DNA of 64,000 nt from assembly GCA_904063045.1 (NCBI GenBank), contig CAJFCJ010000010.1:248001-312000 (forward strand), written 5' to 3'. Numbering within the stretch: the stretch's first letter is position 1; each line of letters begins with the position of its first letter. Positions 1 to 11,524 of the stretch are shown piece after piece. The DNA comes from Dimorphilus gyrociliatus (taxonomy: Eukaryota; Animalia; Annelida). The notes beneath the pieces are model-generated. The model was not told the DNA's origin, ran no database searches, and was given only the letters and a program-made list of their open reading frames with translations. Both the position numbers and the translations under genes were made by a program.

Positions 1-2883
1 TTACTAGCACTTTTTCTGTAGCCGCAATTGCACAAATTGCATCATCGGTCGGCTGTAAAGATTTTACTGTTTTAGGAATATTAAACTATTTCATAAAATC
101 CTATGAGCAATTAGCTTCCTTAGTGATAATTTGGGCGTGTTATTATAATATTTCTAATGCTATAAAATTGTAAGTTAAACACAAAAAAAAGCACTGTTGA
201 TTAATTTACCCTTTTAGCATTCTAAAATAAAAGGTTATAAGGATAAATCAAATTAAAAATAATCTTCAAGAAAGCTACTTACTTTATAGGCCTTATTGAA
301 ATCAACATCATCACCACCAGCTCCGGAAGGCACATCGTCCGCGTGGAAAAGTCTAAAATAATTTTCATAGATATTTTTTAATTAATAAGAAATTGTTTGA
401 AATGAAAAGTACCTTTCCACCCCTGCTTTACGATTGGAAACTTGAACATCTAAAGTAATTACTTTCTTAGGATTCTTAAATTGCCATGTATAGAATGCTT
501 CTCTACACGCAGCAATTATATGAGATTTTGTCATTGTTAAATAGATCGGTTGAAGGTCTAGGTATTTTGAATCCAAAGGTGTTCCAATTGCGTTGCAGAG
601 TACCAATACGTACTAATTTAAAAAATCAATTTAATAAGAACAAAAAGAATATTTCGTAAATTAGAACAAAATAATGTGTTCATATTTATATATTCTGACA
701 AAAATAAAGCATTGTTCGATTTTCAGTAGTGTCTTGAATTTGAGATAATTTATGCATTAAACTTGTTTAATTTTAAGATAACCTCTAAAAAATATTTTGG
801 AAAAGTGATAAAAAAAAGAAAGGCAATTTCAATAACAGTATAACAAGAGTTTTAAACAGTGCCCCAGAGATAGTAGATTACAAAAATCACTTATATAAGC
901 ACTCATTGCATACCCTGAATTCTGGTGTTACAAAATCCGGAAACTAAATATTTATCATGCCGCCAAGCAATTAGTGAAGTCATTTATATTGTTTTTTGAA
1001 TATTTTTTTGTAAATACTTTTTTCCTTATCACCATTAGTAAAAAAAACTATAAAACAACCATACCTGAGTATTTGAATCCTCAGCTCTAGTTGCCAAACA
1101 GCAATAATCTCCGCATGCAGTTATCTTTATGAGATTTTTTACGTATTTCAAATATCGCTAAAAAAACGAATTCCACAAGTATTAAGACTCATAATATTTA
1201 ATATATATATATATTTGAAAACAAACCTCATTGTTTTTACAATCCCAAAAAACGACACATTGTTCGTTCCTATCAGATCTCATGTAGGAATAAACAACGG
1301 TGTTTGTACAATAGGCCCACTAAAATGAAATGAATAAAAATGAGGTTGAAGTGATTTAATAATTTACTATTTACTTTGTAATCAGGTCTGATATTGGCAA
1401 AGTAAAGAAATGAATCAACAGCCAAAATTATTCTAAGACTCCCTCCTTCCCAGGAACAGCTGTAGATTTTTTTACCAGGGACCTTCAACGTTCTTAGATG
1501 CTATAAGCATACAAAGATTTAAAATGAAAATATGACATATTTGTATGTTTGTTATTTACCTCGCCAAAAGGAGTGTAAAATTGAACAACATTTATGGTTT
1601 TTTCCTCTCCTTGCTGTTGAAGACCGCAAATGGCCAAAGTGTCTCCAGAATGATTCCAGCTACATTGGCAGATTGTTATTCCAGAATCAACAAGAACTGG
1701 AGCTGTAATAATTCCACTTTTACTCAAAAATATGGTATATATACTAGTAATATAACATACCATCATCAACTTCATTTCTCATGATTTGGCAACGACCGTT
1801 CCTGAATGCTATAGCCAATGATGGACAATTTGTTTCTATATAACCATGATTTCCATTATACCAATCCATGCTAACTATATCGGATGAACCAGTATCTTGC
1901 AAACAATAGATATCAACTTGACTCTAATAAACAAAGAGAAAATAATTTGAATTTATTCTGTTATTATGAAGTCAATATGTATAAAACTTACTATTGGGTT
2001 ACCCATTGAATCGTAACTATGAATTTCACCATTGTTCATTGCGAACAAAAGCATTTTACCATCAGGTGACCACTAGAATGGGAGAAAAGCAACGTTTCCT
2101 TTTAAAATTACAAAATAATATTATTCTAATTAATTACTTCAACTCCATTTAAACGAGAATTTTTCAATTCCTTTCCCCAAATACGACTTCCATCAACCGA
2201 ACCAACAATTACAGCTCCATCTTCATATACAATGCATATTTTCTGACCATCGGCATTCCATTTCATGCCTCTGACAACTGATTTATTTCTGTTATTGATC
2301 ATTTCTTCATACCAAGATCCCTTATAAAACATCCACACAATGATTAGACCTTGTTGATCAGATGTCGTTAGTCTATGGAAATGCTCATTCCATGTTATCA
2401 CTTGAACAGCGCCTTAAGTAAGAAAAAAATAAAGTAAACATAGTATCCAATCAAAAAGAAATCAATAATATATTTTTTCTGTTAAAGATATATTTCTTAA
2501 AGTTACTTAATTAACTCACCAGAGTGGCCTTCTAACGGTTGGTTCATAGTCAAATTACTTTGAGCAGCCAATCCTTTGACTTTAGAGTCTAGTGACAATT
2601 TTTTGGAGTTATTTAAAAAATTTTCAACTTTAATTTTTTAAAAACTGACCTGAAACATTAGTTTCTAATTTTAAAACTTTTAAAAGTCCATCCTCTCCAC
2701 CACATGCGATATAACCAAATTCTTTGTTCCAAGATGTACATCTTAGCTTTACGTTTTGAGGAATAGCAATCTAACGAATAAAAAGAATATAAGAAAAACA
2801 GCAATAAAACTATTAAAACTATGCAAATAAACATTTTGGGTATGTTTTTATGTAATTACCTTTTTGCTCAAATAAATAAACAT
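1..2883 (-). CDS. WDR35: WD repeat protein 35 / IFT121 (IFT-A subunit), 5' part only, multi-exon, continues past the left edge
   Basis: Spliced start MFIYLSKK|[36 protein letters not shown] (exon 1 2860-2883, exon 2 from 2770). Later exons read [70 protein letters not shown] and [28 protein letters not shown], matching WDR35 as I recall it. Confidence 0.95.
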
Positions 2884-3090
2884 CTTAAATTCGGAAATAA
2901 AGAAAGATCACCGTAATTTAAAAAAGTTATAGAAATTTTAATATTAAAAGAATATTCGGAGCGCCATAGCAAAACTATTTGGTAGGAAGTGTTTTGCGAT
3001 AATCTCGAAATGTCTCGCTACTATGTTAGAACAAAGGTTATTGGCTATATTTTTTCTCTGAAATCGTATTGGTTGATTTCAACCACGTGA

Positions 3091-3100
3091 TCTTCCTTTC
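3091..3100 (+). promoter_or_regulatory. TCT/5'TOP polypyrimidine initiator of RPL30, followed by a non-coding first exon (donor about 3124, acceptor 3227)
   Basis: TCTTCCTTTC preceded by CACGTG (3084-3089). GTACGT donor and TTTCAG acceptor lie upstream of the RPL30 ATG. This is typical of ribosomal protein genes. Confidence 0.7.
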
Positions 3101-3253
3101 GTCTCGTGTGCTTGAAGAGGAAGGTACGTCGATAATATTTTGCGCAATTATCATCGATATAATCATAAATAACTTCTCAAATTACCTGTAAAAAGATATA
3201 TAAACTAATGTTTACTAATATTTCAGTTAATTCAATCACGATAAATCGCAAAA

Positions 3254-3971
3254 ATGGTCGCTACCAAGAAACCGGTAAGATACTAAAATGTAGCACGTGT
3301 CTCATTATATAGCTATAAATATAAATTTTACAGAAAAAGTCCATGGAAAGTATCAATGCAAGACTTGCGTTGGTAATGAAGAGTGGCAAATTTGTTTTGG
3401 GTTATAAGCAAACTTTGAAAACCTTACGTCAAGGAAAAGCCAAGCTCGTTATTATTGCTAATAACACGCCATCTTTGAGGTAATATTCCATTTTTTTATT
3501 AACAAAATTCAATGACTTCGGAGTCGTTTGACCAAGATGAAGTCGCTTGTAATAATACAAGTGATTTTTTCTAAAAGATGAAGTCATACTAGCCTATAAG
3601 AAGGAATTTATATCATATGAAAATTTCACAGGTGATTTATTTGGAGTTCTTTTAAAATTAAAGATCAAGGGTAGAATGATGTTTAAATGTTTCAGATTTG
3701 TCTTAGCTAATTATGCAGATGAATTTTACTGATCAAATAATCATTTTGCCTTTAATTTACGTCAATCGACATTGTTGATAAAAACGCTTTTTGCAGAAAA
3801 AGTGAAATTGAATATTATGCTATGTTGGCCAAGACTGGTGTCCACCACTACAACGGATCCAACATTGAGTTGGGAACTGCTTGCGGTAAATACTTCCGCG
3901 TGTGCACGATGAGCATCACCGATCCAGGAGATTCCGATATCATCCGTACTTTGCCTTCTGAAAATCAATAA
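3254..3971 (+). CDS. RPL30: 60S ribosomal protein L30 (eL30), 3 coding exons
   Basis: MVATKKP|[49 protein letters not shown]|[57 protein letters not shown]. Confidence 0.99.
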
Positions 3972-4014
3972 ATTTATTGAATACAAATCAGCAAAGTAAA
4001 AGTGAAAAATTAAC

Positions 4015-6157
4015 TCAGTCTTCGTAGAAATTTTTCTCAATAACATCCAAATAAACCTTATTTCCTGATCTTGTAAAAACTTCAGCTACTTTTAATCGAC
4101 GGAACTTTTCGGTTATTCTTCTATTCATTATCTTTGTGAAAATTTTATTTATCAGTGTTGAGCAAGTCTTTTGCACAACTCTCCAGAATTTCGTATTTAC
4201 CCTTAAAAATTTGTTAACATTAATTTCCAAGCTGATGTTAAACAATTATTTTACCTCTCTTGTAAATGTAATACAATAGCAAGCTTCTCAAGTTTTAGTA
4301 TAGACTCTTTACTCTGTTCAATAGTTTCTAGACGTCTTGTCATTATCGCAACCATCAAATTGATCATGACTACTCCAATTGTCATAACGCAAATCATATA
4401 TAGCATTACAGAAAGTGTGGGCATGGCAGATTTTCGGAAATAAATGTCATATGGAGCCATCACTGTCAACATTAATAAATACGTTTCATAAAGACTGCCG
4501 AGGAAGGAATCAAACATAGGCAGCTTGCAGGAATCGCTTGTTGAGTTATTCTGACCACCAGAACAATTTGTATCCTGATGTTGTAATATAAAGAATGAAA
4601 CAGCGAAACCAAAATATATCATAAAAGCCATAAACAAGAAAATGAACGTACTATAAAGCATTTTCTGAAATAGGACAATTGAGTGTCCCATGCCATCTAG
4701 TAGTTGCAAGAAAAATAATAAAGATAGAGCTGCGCAAAGACCGTTCAGAACATAAAGAAATCTACCAAAATTTTGGCATATTCCCACTTGTATCATACTA
4801 TTGAAAACAATTAATAAGCTTGTCGTCGCGAATATTAGTTGAAAGATTCTATGGGGGAATATAAACGTTACAGGAACTTTACCTTTCCAATAGTTTTTCA
4901 ACGTATGTAGTAGTTGTCTTATGTTATCTTTACTATGAAGAATTTCGGGTATGACAATGCAGAGAGAAAAACAAAAGATAAGCGTCAAAGCAAAAGAATT
5001 ATCTTTCCCCTTTCCGTAAAATGAGAGTAATTGCATATAATAACAACAAACAAAGATTAGCCAAAATACCACAAAGAAAACGATTGTCCTCATAAATTGT
5101 TGTATCTTTCTCTCCGACCAAGTTCGGAAAGGTTCCCTAGATAAAATATGAATGATCAATTGAAACTTACCACTTACAAAAGATTTAATGCAAACGTACG
5201 TTAATAATAATCCACATTTATTTGCTCTCACTATTTGAATTTCATTCATTTCGGTAAGATAATAGAGAAGTGATTTATGAGGTTTTGACTCTTCCGACTC
5301 ATAATCAGTTACATCATAGCGTGTTATATTAATAACACCGCAACGTGAGATAACCCACCTGTAAATGTTTTCCGTATTGATAATTGTGCGAGTCATTTCT
5401 GTTAGGCCTAGTGATGCAGATAATTCAACAGGATTTAAATCGGACTTATTTCTCCGAGATAATAATTCTTTGATTAGATCTATGCTTTGATTTAGCAAAT
5501 ATCTATACATTAAAATCGCTCTATCGGGCATATCATTTGACAAAAGAACCAAATTATGAATAATGTTGTTTCCTTTCGAATCGGCTTCGTTATACTGCGC
5601 ACCATGGTATAAAATTAACTCTATTAGATCTGTAATTAAATGTCTAGACTTGTTATTTTTTTTTTTTAAAAAAATAATGAAAATGAAAAAGTATAAGCAG
5701 TCAGAAGTTAATCACCTGTGTCACCGGTTGAAAAAGCTAAGAATAGTGGCTTCTCAAATTTCTCTCCAACTTGTGAATAAGAAGTTACAGCTCTTAAATT
5801 TTCAAAACTATGATTCTCCGGTAAGAGAATTTTACGATCCGACTGTGATAAAAGATTTTCAATTCTTGTCAAATAAAGATATTCAGGCAGAGTTCGAGAT
5901 AAAGCGGGATATTTATATTCAATATCAGCGTTCAAAACAAAATTCTTAAGATTTCTATCTTCAATCTCCTCTAGCAATTGTCTTACAACAGAAAACAAAT
6001 TTCGAGCTATAGCAGTATGAAAGGGTGTTACTAATAGTTTACTTGTTGAAGTTCCAGTATTAAAAACATGTTTAAAATATAAAAGAGACGTTTTAATTTG
6101 AAGATCGCCTTTAGAATTTAAAGTCAATGACACACCTCCAGGTGTGCTTTCATCCAT
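4015..6157 (-). CDS. TRPV-like cation channel (degenerate ankyrin repeats, 6 TM helices, pore loop, TRP helix), 3 exons
   Basis: ORFs 5708-6157, 4251-5552 and 4015-4245 join via introns (about 5628-5715 and 4209-4254). Ankyrin-like TPFHTAIA, KPLFLAF, DSKGNNIIHNLV, NPVELSASLG. Pre-S1 RYDVTDYE, S4-S5 linker GMGHSIVLFQKML, pore FDSFLGSLYETYLLMLTVM, S6 MINLMVAIM. Confidence 0.8.
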
Positions 6158-6342
6158 TTCTTTTACTGAAATAAAACTAGATTATTTCTATGGAGATTTT
6201 TCCTATAAGATAAGGGTGTTAATGTAAAACTTCTAGAAGTTACGTGAATAATGACAAGACTAATAGCCGAAGATAAAGCTTTATAAATTATTTATTTATT
6301 AAGTAGTTTAATGCATTCATCAACAAAAATACATAGTATAAA

Positions 6343-8444
6343 TTATGCAGATAAATCCAAATTAGTTCCTAATATCACTTTGTCATGTTTACCCGTTAAA
6401 ACTTCCAGATGAGTATCTTCAGGAAGACCTAAGGTTAAAAAGAAGAAACAATTAAAATATCCTATTAGTCATCAAAAAGAGTTTTTAATAAAAACGATAC
6501 TCGATTTTATTAATTATTAATATAATTATATAAATATAACAATTTAAAATAACCGGTGTGTAGGGCTATAAAGCCCCGTGTTGCTTTATTGTTTAATGCC
6601 ATAGCCGTGTGAGGGTCAAGGGTATGGCAGAAATCCAATATTCTAGCCAACTTTGTCGGAATAACAAATTGGAAGTCTGACTGAGTTTGGTGACATGTTC
6701 CTCTGTAAAAGAAAGAGAGAGATGGTGAGAAAATCATTTGGAATGTATTTGTTTACCTTATAGTAATCAATATTCTTTTAAGATCATCGTTTTTGTTTGG
6801 ATCGATTAACTTATGCATGGATCTGACGTTATCTGCCCATTGAAAAGTTTCGGTATTTACGAGGAGTAGAGGCTGAGTAACCTTCGAGTATAGATCATTG
6901 TCCAAGGGAGCCATCCAACTATCTAGACCAACGCCAACTCTGTTTAATATAAAAATCATATGGTGAAAATTAATATTATATTTCATCAGATTTTCGTGAA
7001 AGTTTATGTTAAACAAACTTGAATCGTTTGTCCTTGGCCAAAGCTGAGACAACTGTTGCACCACCAAAAGAATGGCCAACAACTGATACTCGATTTAAAT
7101 CGAGTAGTCCCTTAAATTGAGCCATATTAAAACTACCCAAATAATTCTTTTCGCATTCGCCACTGTTAACTCGTGTGAGAACATCTAAAACTTTTGAGCA
7201 TTCGTCCGCCCTTGTATGAACTTGAGGATTTCTTAGGTCGTAATTTAATTCATCTTTTTGTCTTTCATATAGTATCCATTTTTCTTGGAGGGCATTATGA
7301 GATTTTAAAAATAATAAGTCATTGAGGTCAAGGGTTTCTATAGATTCGGAATGAAATGGAGATTTGAAACAGCACGTCATCGAAGCGGATCCATCTTTAT
7401 GCTCAATAGCGGCAACAAGATATCCACAAGAAGCAAAATCTGTACATATTGTAGTATAAGTTGTTCGATTACCCCCGAGACCGTGAGAAAAGACAATAAC
7501 TGGATGCTTTTTATCCTTACGAGGAGGTGCTTGCCAAAGAGCAGGAACGTATACGTCACCTAAAATATTATTATATGAAGCTAGTGTAAATGAGAAAATA
7601 TGAAGAAATTATATATAATAGTCAATAAATCTATTCACTCTTTCTATTTAATCCACTCAATCCCTTATCATTAACCCTATTTCACTTATCAAAAGTCAGC
7701 AAAAAAAGTGTACAAATATCAAAAATAATCAAACTTTTGACCTTATTTATACAATTATTTATAAGTCGATTATAAAATATGATAATCCTAGTTTACATTT
7801 GTTTGTTGACAAAATTGATGCATTATCATAAAGATACGTATTTTTTTATATACAAGGAAACTATTGCGTACTTTTTAAGTAGTAATTAAGAACGTAATTG
7901 GAAATTTTCGATTGAATAATAGAGATTAACAGGCGAGGCCTTGCGAAATCAAATAAATTGATTTTCAATCCATTCAATAAAAAAAATTACCTCCTAGCCA
8001 ATTTAGAAGATTACCCAGTATTTTCACATAGCGTCTAAAATACACGTATCCATAGCAATATTGCTTTCTTGGTAACCAAAGGGGCCATTGTTCTTTTCTT
8101 GACTATGAATTATTTTGGTTTTTTTTTTTTTTGAAGAAAAAAGATGTTGTTAAGCTATTTATTTTATTTAATTAAAAGTAAACAAATCAATAAAAAGTTA
8201 CCATGACATCGGTCACTTCTGTTGGATAAAAAAGTCTTATAAATGGATCTTTTGCAGGATTTCCAAACATAACATCAGCAAGCCCCACTGAGTATTTACC
8301 ACTCCCTTGTGGCAGGTGTCTTCTTTTTCTCCCATTATTATTTGTCCATGTGAGATAGTTACTGACACTGTTAATACGATTAGATAACAATTTTCTCACG
8401 TCGGGTAGAAAGTTCAGTATATTAGTTACGCAAAGAAGATCCAT
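6343..8444 (-). CDS. Platelet-activating factor acetylhydrolase (PLA2G7/PAFAH2 family), multi-exon; start codon uncertain
   Basis: LPQGSGKYSVG...FIRLFYP, VIVFSHGLGGNRTTY, AAIEHKDGSA, nucleophile GHSFGGA, acid LDSWMAPL, catalytic His GTCHQTQSD, C-terminus KVILGTNLDLSA*. Confidence 0.92.
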
Positions 8445-9665
8445 GGCACAAGTAAAATATCAACCTAGACTTACTGTCTTAATACTACACCTATTCACAC
8501 GGCTTAATACCATAGGCCTCTAATGTGTCATTTCTTTATATATATATAAATGAATAGGCCAAAGAGTAGGCCTAGAGTATGAACAGCGGCCCTGCCGCCA
8601 CTCCCCATCTAGGATTTTAGAATAAGTGTTAAATAGATAGAAAAGGACTGCTGCATATATATTTTTCAATTTTAAATCCATTAATTTTTATTTATGTATT
8701 GTAATATAAATAGAATATTCAATACTTAATTAGCCCATATCTAACTACTTTGTTCCATTATCATGTGCTCTTTTGTTTCAGTTAAATATATCTACATATG
8801 TATATATATATATATATATGTAGATATTAGTATATATATGCAAAGTATAAACATTTATAAATTAATCTATACAAATAATATAAACGTATTCCGTATCACA
8901 ACTCCCTCAGCCTTTTCTCCGCCCACCTTAAACCAGTCATTATTTCACTTTTTTTTTCTCAACGATCAATTTAAGCTCCTCCCTTATTTTCCCTTCTTTT
9001 TTTTCAACGCCCTCCCTGAGACTTTACTTTGTTTGTTCTATTAATTATCTTCCATTCATTAATTTATCGTCTAGGTCATAAACAAGTCCAGGACACAAGA
9101 TCAGCATTTATCTACTTTATTATTAAAAAAAATAAAAGAGTCCATTATTCGCTAATTATAGTTATTGTTTCTTCTAAATGTTATATTTTATAAACAGAGT
9201 TTCTATGCTGGAACAAGGAAAGTAGACTCAAATTTAAGAGAAATCAAAACAGTCCAAGTAGATTATCATAAACCAAAATATATACAAAAGAGGATAGTAA
9301 GTTAATAGAAGTAGGTTAAGGAGTGATGCTATTAGGTTCATTGAACTAGTTAACAAATCGGTACGGATATGTGTAATACCTAAAATATTTGTTTAAAAAA
9401 CGTAGGTTGATGGTGACTATCAGATCAGGTCTATATCTTGGAGATAATCGTTTCATACTTATCGACCCTGATCAGGTAATTATCGTGCTATTATCGTTTT
9501 GTTCAAGGCTAATGTTTATCAAAGAATAAGCACTGATTACTGATATAATTCGATAAATTTTCCATTGCTGTAGCCCTATACCGTCATCTGTAGACAAACC
9601 CATTGAATTTTGCATTAAAAGTCAATAAAGTACGCTCGCATTTTATACACGTGGCTATTTCGAGA

Positions 9666-11359
9666 ATGAAACCACAACTAGTAGTTCTTGTATTATTTCT
9701 TAGCTCCGCCGAAATGCGATTTCGGAAAGATCTAAGTATGGATTCGTCTTTCCCGCCCGACATAATACCTCAAACGCCCGGAAGTGTTATTCCAACGGGA
9801 CATTTACGGCCAATCGGTAAGATTCAATTTAATAAATAGTAATAAGAAAAGTCGTCTAGTTTCATTGTAGCACTCTAATAATGTTTGTTAATATTTCTTT
9901 TGTAACTCTTCTATAGGTTGGCAAAGAAGGCCTGAAGCACCCTTAAAAGAAAGAGTAGATTTTCCAAGTCCGAGAGAATTTTACAATGAATATGTCACAA
10001 AAAATATTCCAGTAGTCTTTAGACAAGCAATGAAAGATGCTCCTGCCATTACAAAATGGGAAAGTGATGACTATCTTAAGAAAGAGTAAGTTAATTCTTT
10101 CATCATCCAAAAAAAGTACTTTTATTTATCTTTCTAATTAGATATGGAAATCTATTGGTTCACGTAACAGTTAAGAAGGAACGAGCAAAGCAAATGGATA
10201 ACAAGAAAGTTACTTTTAGACAATTTCTCAAAGAATACCAATACGAAGATTGGTATTTGAGCAATATTGTACCGCAAATGATGACTTTAGACTTGACAGT
10301 AATGATAAAATACTTTATACAACTACAACATATCAATTTCTTTTTAATTTTGCAATCGTTTGCAATAGCTACCGAAGATAATGAGATGCGGATTTACAAA
10401 GTATCTTTTGGAAAGTGGATTATGGATGAGTTCTGGTGGAACATCTTCTCTCATTCACTCTCATGCCGATCATAATCTTCATTGCTTACTCGCTGGAAGA
10501 AAAGACTTTACAGTAATTGAAGAAAAATACAAAGAAATGTTACAATACGTCAATAAAGTAGATAATGAACAAATTTTTTCAAATTATATATAATTAGTAA
10601 TAATTCTAATACTGTTTGCTTGAAATAGGAACCTCATCACGGCGCTGGCTATTCAAATTTGGACGTAGACATGATAAACATGTTTAAAAATAAGGATATT
10701 AAGAAAGTTCCTTGGACATGGGCAACTCTCAGGGCAGGAGATTGCGTATTTATACCTGCTCGTTATATTCATCAAGTTCGTTCGTGGGGCAGAAGTATTT
10801 CTTCTACGATCTTATTCTCTCCTACACCGACATTATCATTTTCCGATTGTAATAGAGTCGAATTATCTGACGAGGTTCTCCTAAGCGATGCAACTTTTAT
10901 GTGGACCTATATCAACGGAGATAGGGTATATATAATTGACATTTGTATGCTTTATATCCTAATATAAATGTTTCATGTTATTTTCTTAGCAATTGAGTAA
11001 TTCAAAGTTAAATGCTGCAAGTTTAAGGCATCATTTAATAGTTTTAATGCGAGAACGTGGACAGCTAAAAAAATCAATTTTTGATGATTTTTTTAAAGAA
11101 GTTATGAAGCAGGTATTTTATATACACACACATATATATATATATATCTATATACTTTTGCGACATCTAGCGTATATTTTTATATTTAATACAATAGTCC
11201 AAACGTCAAGAGATATCTACAAGTGAAGTATGGAAGTTGCTAAAACCGGGAAAAAGAAAATCGATTCCCAGAAGTGAAATTGAAGCACTATCCGACGAGG
11301 ATTTAACGAAAGTTGCTGATATTTTAAATGTTCTAGATATTAAAAAAGATGAACTTTAA
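9666..11359 (+). CDS. Signal-peptide JmjC/cupin-8 oxygenase-like protein ending in KDEL (ER lumen), about 7 exons
   Basis: MKPQLVVLVLFLSSAEM signal peptide. PSPREFYNEYVTKNIPVVFRQA (JmjN-like), WMSSGGTSSLIHSHADHNLHCLLAGRK, LRAGDCVFIPARYIHQVRS. Last exon 11198-11359 reads ...LDIKKDEL*. Confidence 0.88.
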
Positions 11360-11524
11360 AGAAATATGAAAAATTTAAATGTTTCCATATTTTTCGTGTT
11401 TAGTGAATAATAATGTTATCTATTTGCTACTTTTAAAAAAAAAAGAAACATTTGGTGAACATATGAAAAAGTTTAATGGTAATCTAGAAATGGTCGCACA
11501 TAGATAACGCACGAACGTTTAAAA

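Noticed and set aside
5563-5949. 128-aa + strand ORF overlapping the TRPV-like gene
   Set aside because: It is antisense to real exons, spans an intron poly-T/A tract and has no protein-like features.
8512-8575. Repeated TAGGCC/TAGGCCTA motifs here and at 32526, 46914 and 51231
   Set aside because: Short and scattered, with no consistent flanks or target-site duplications.
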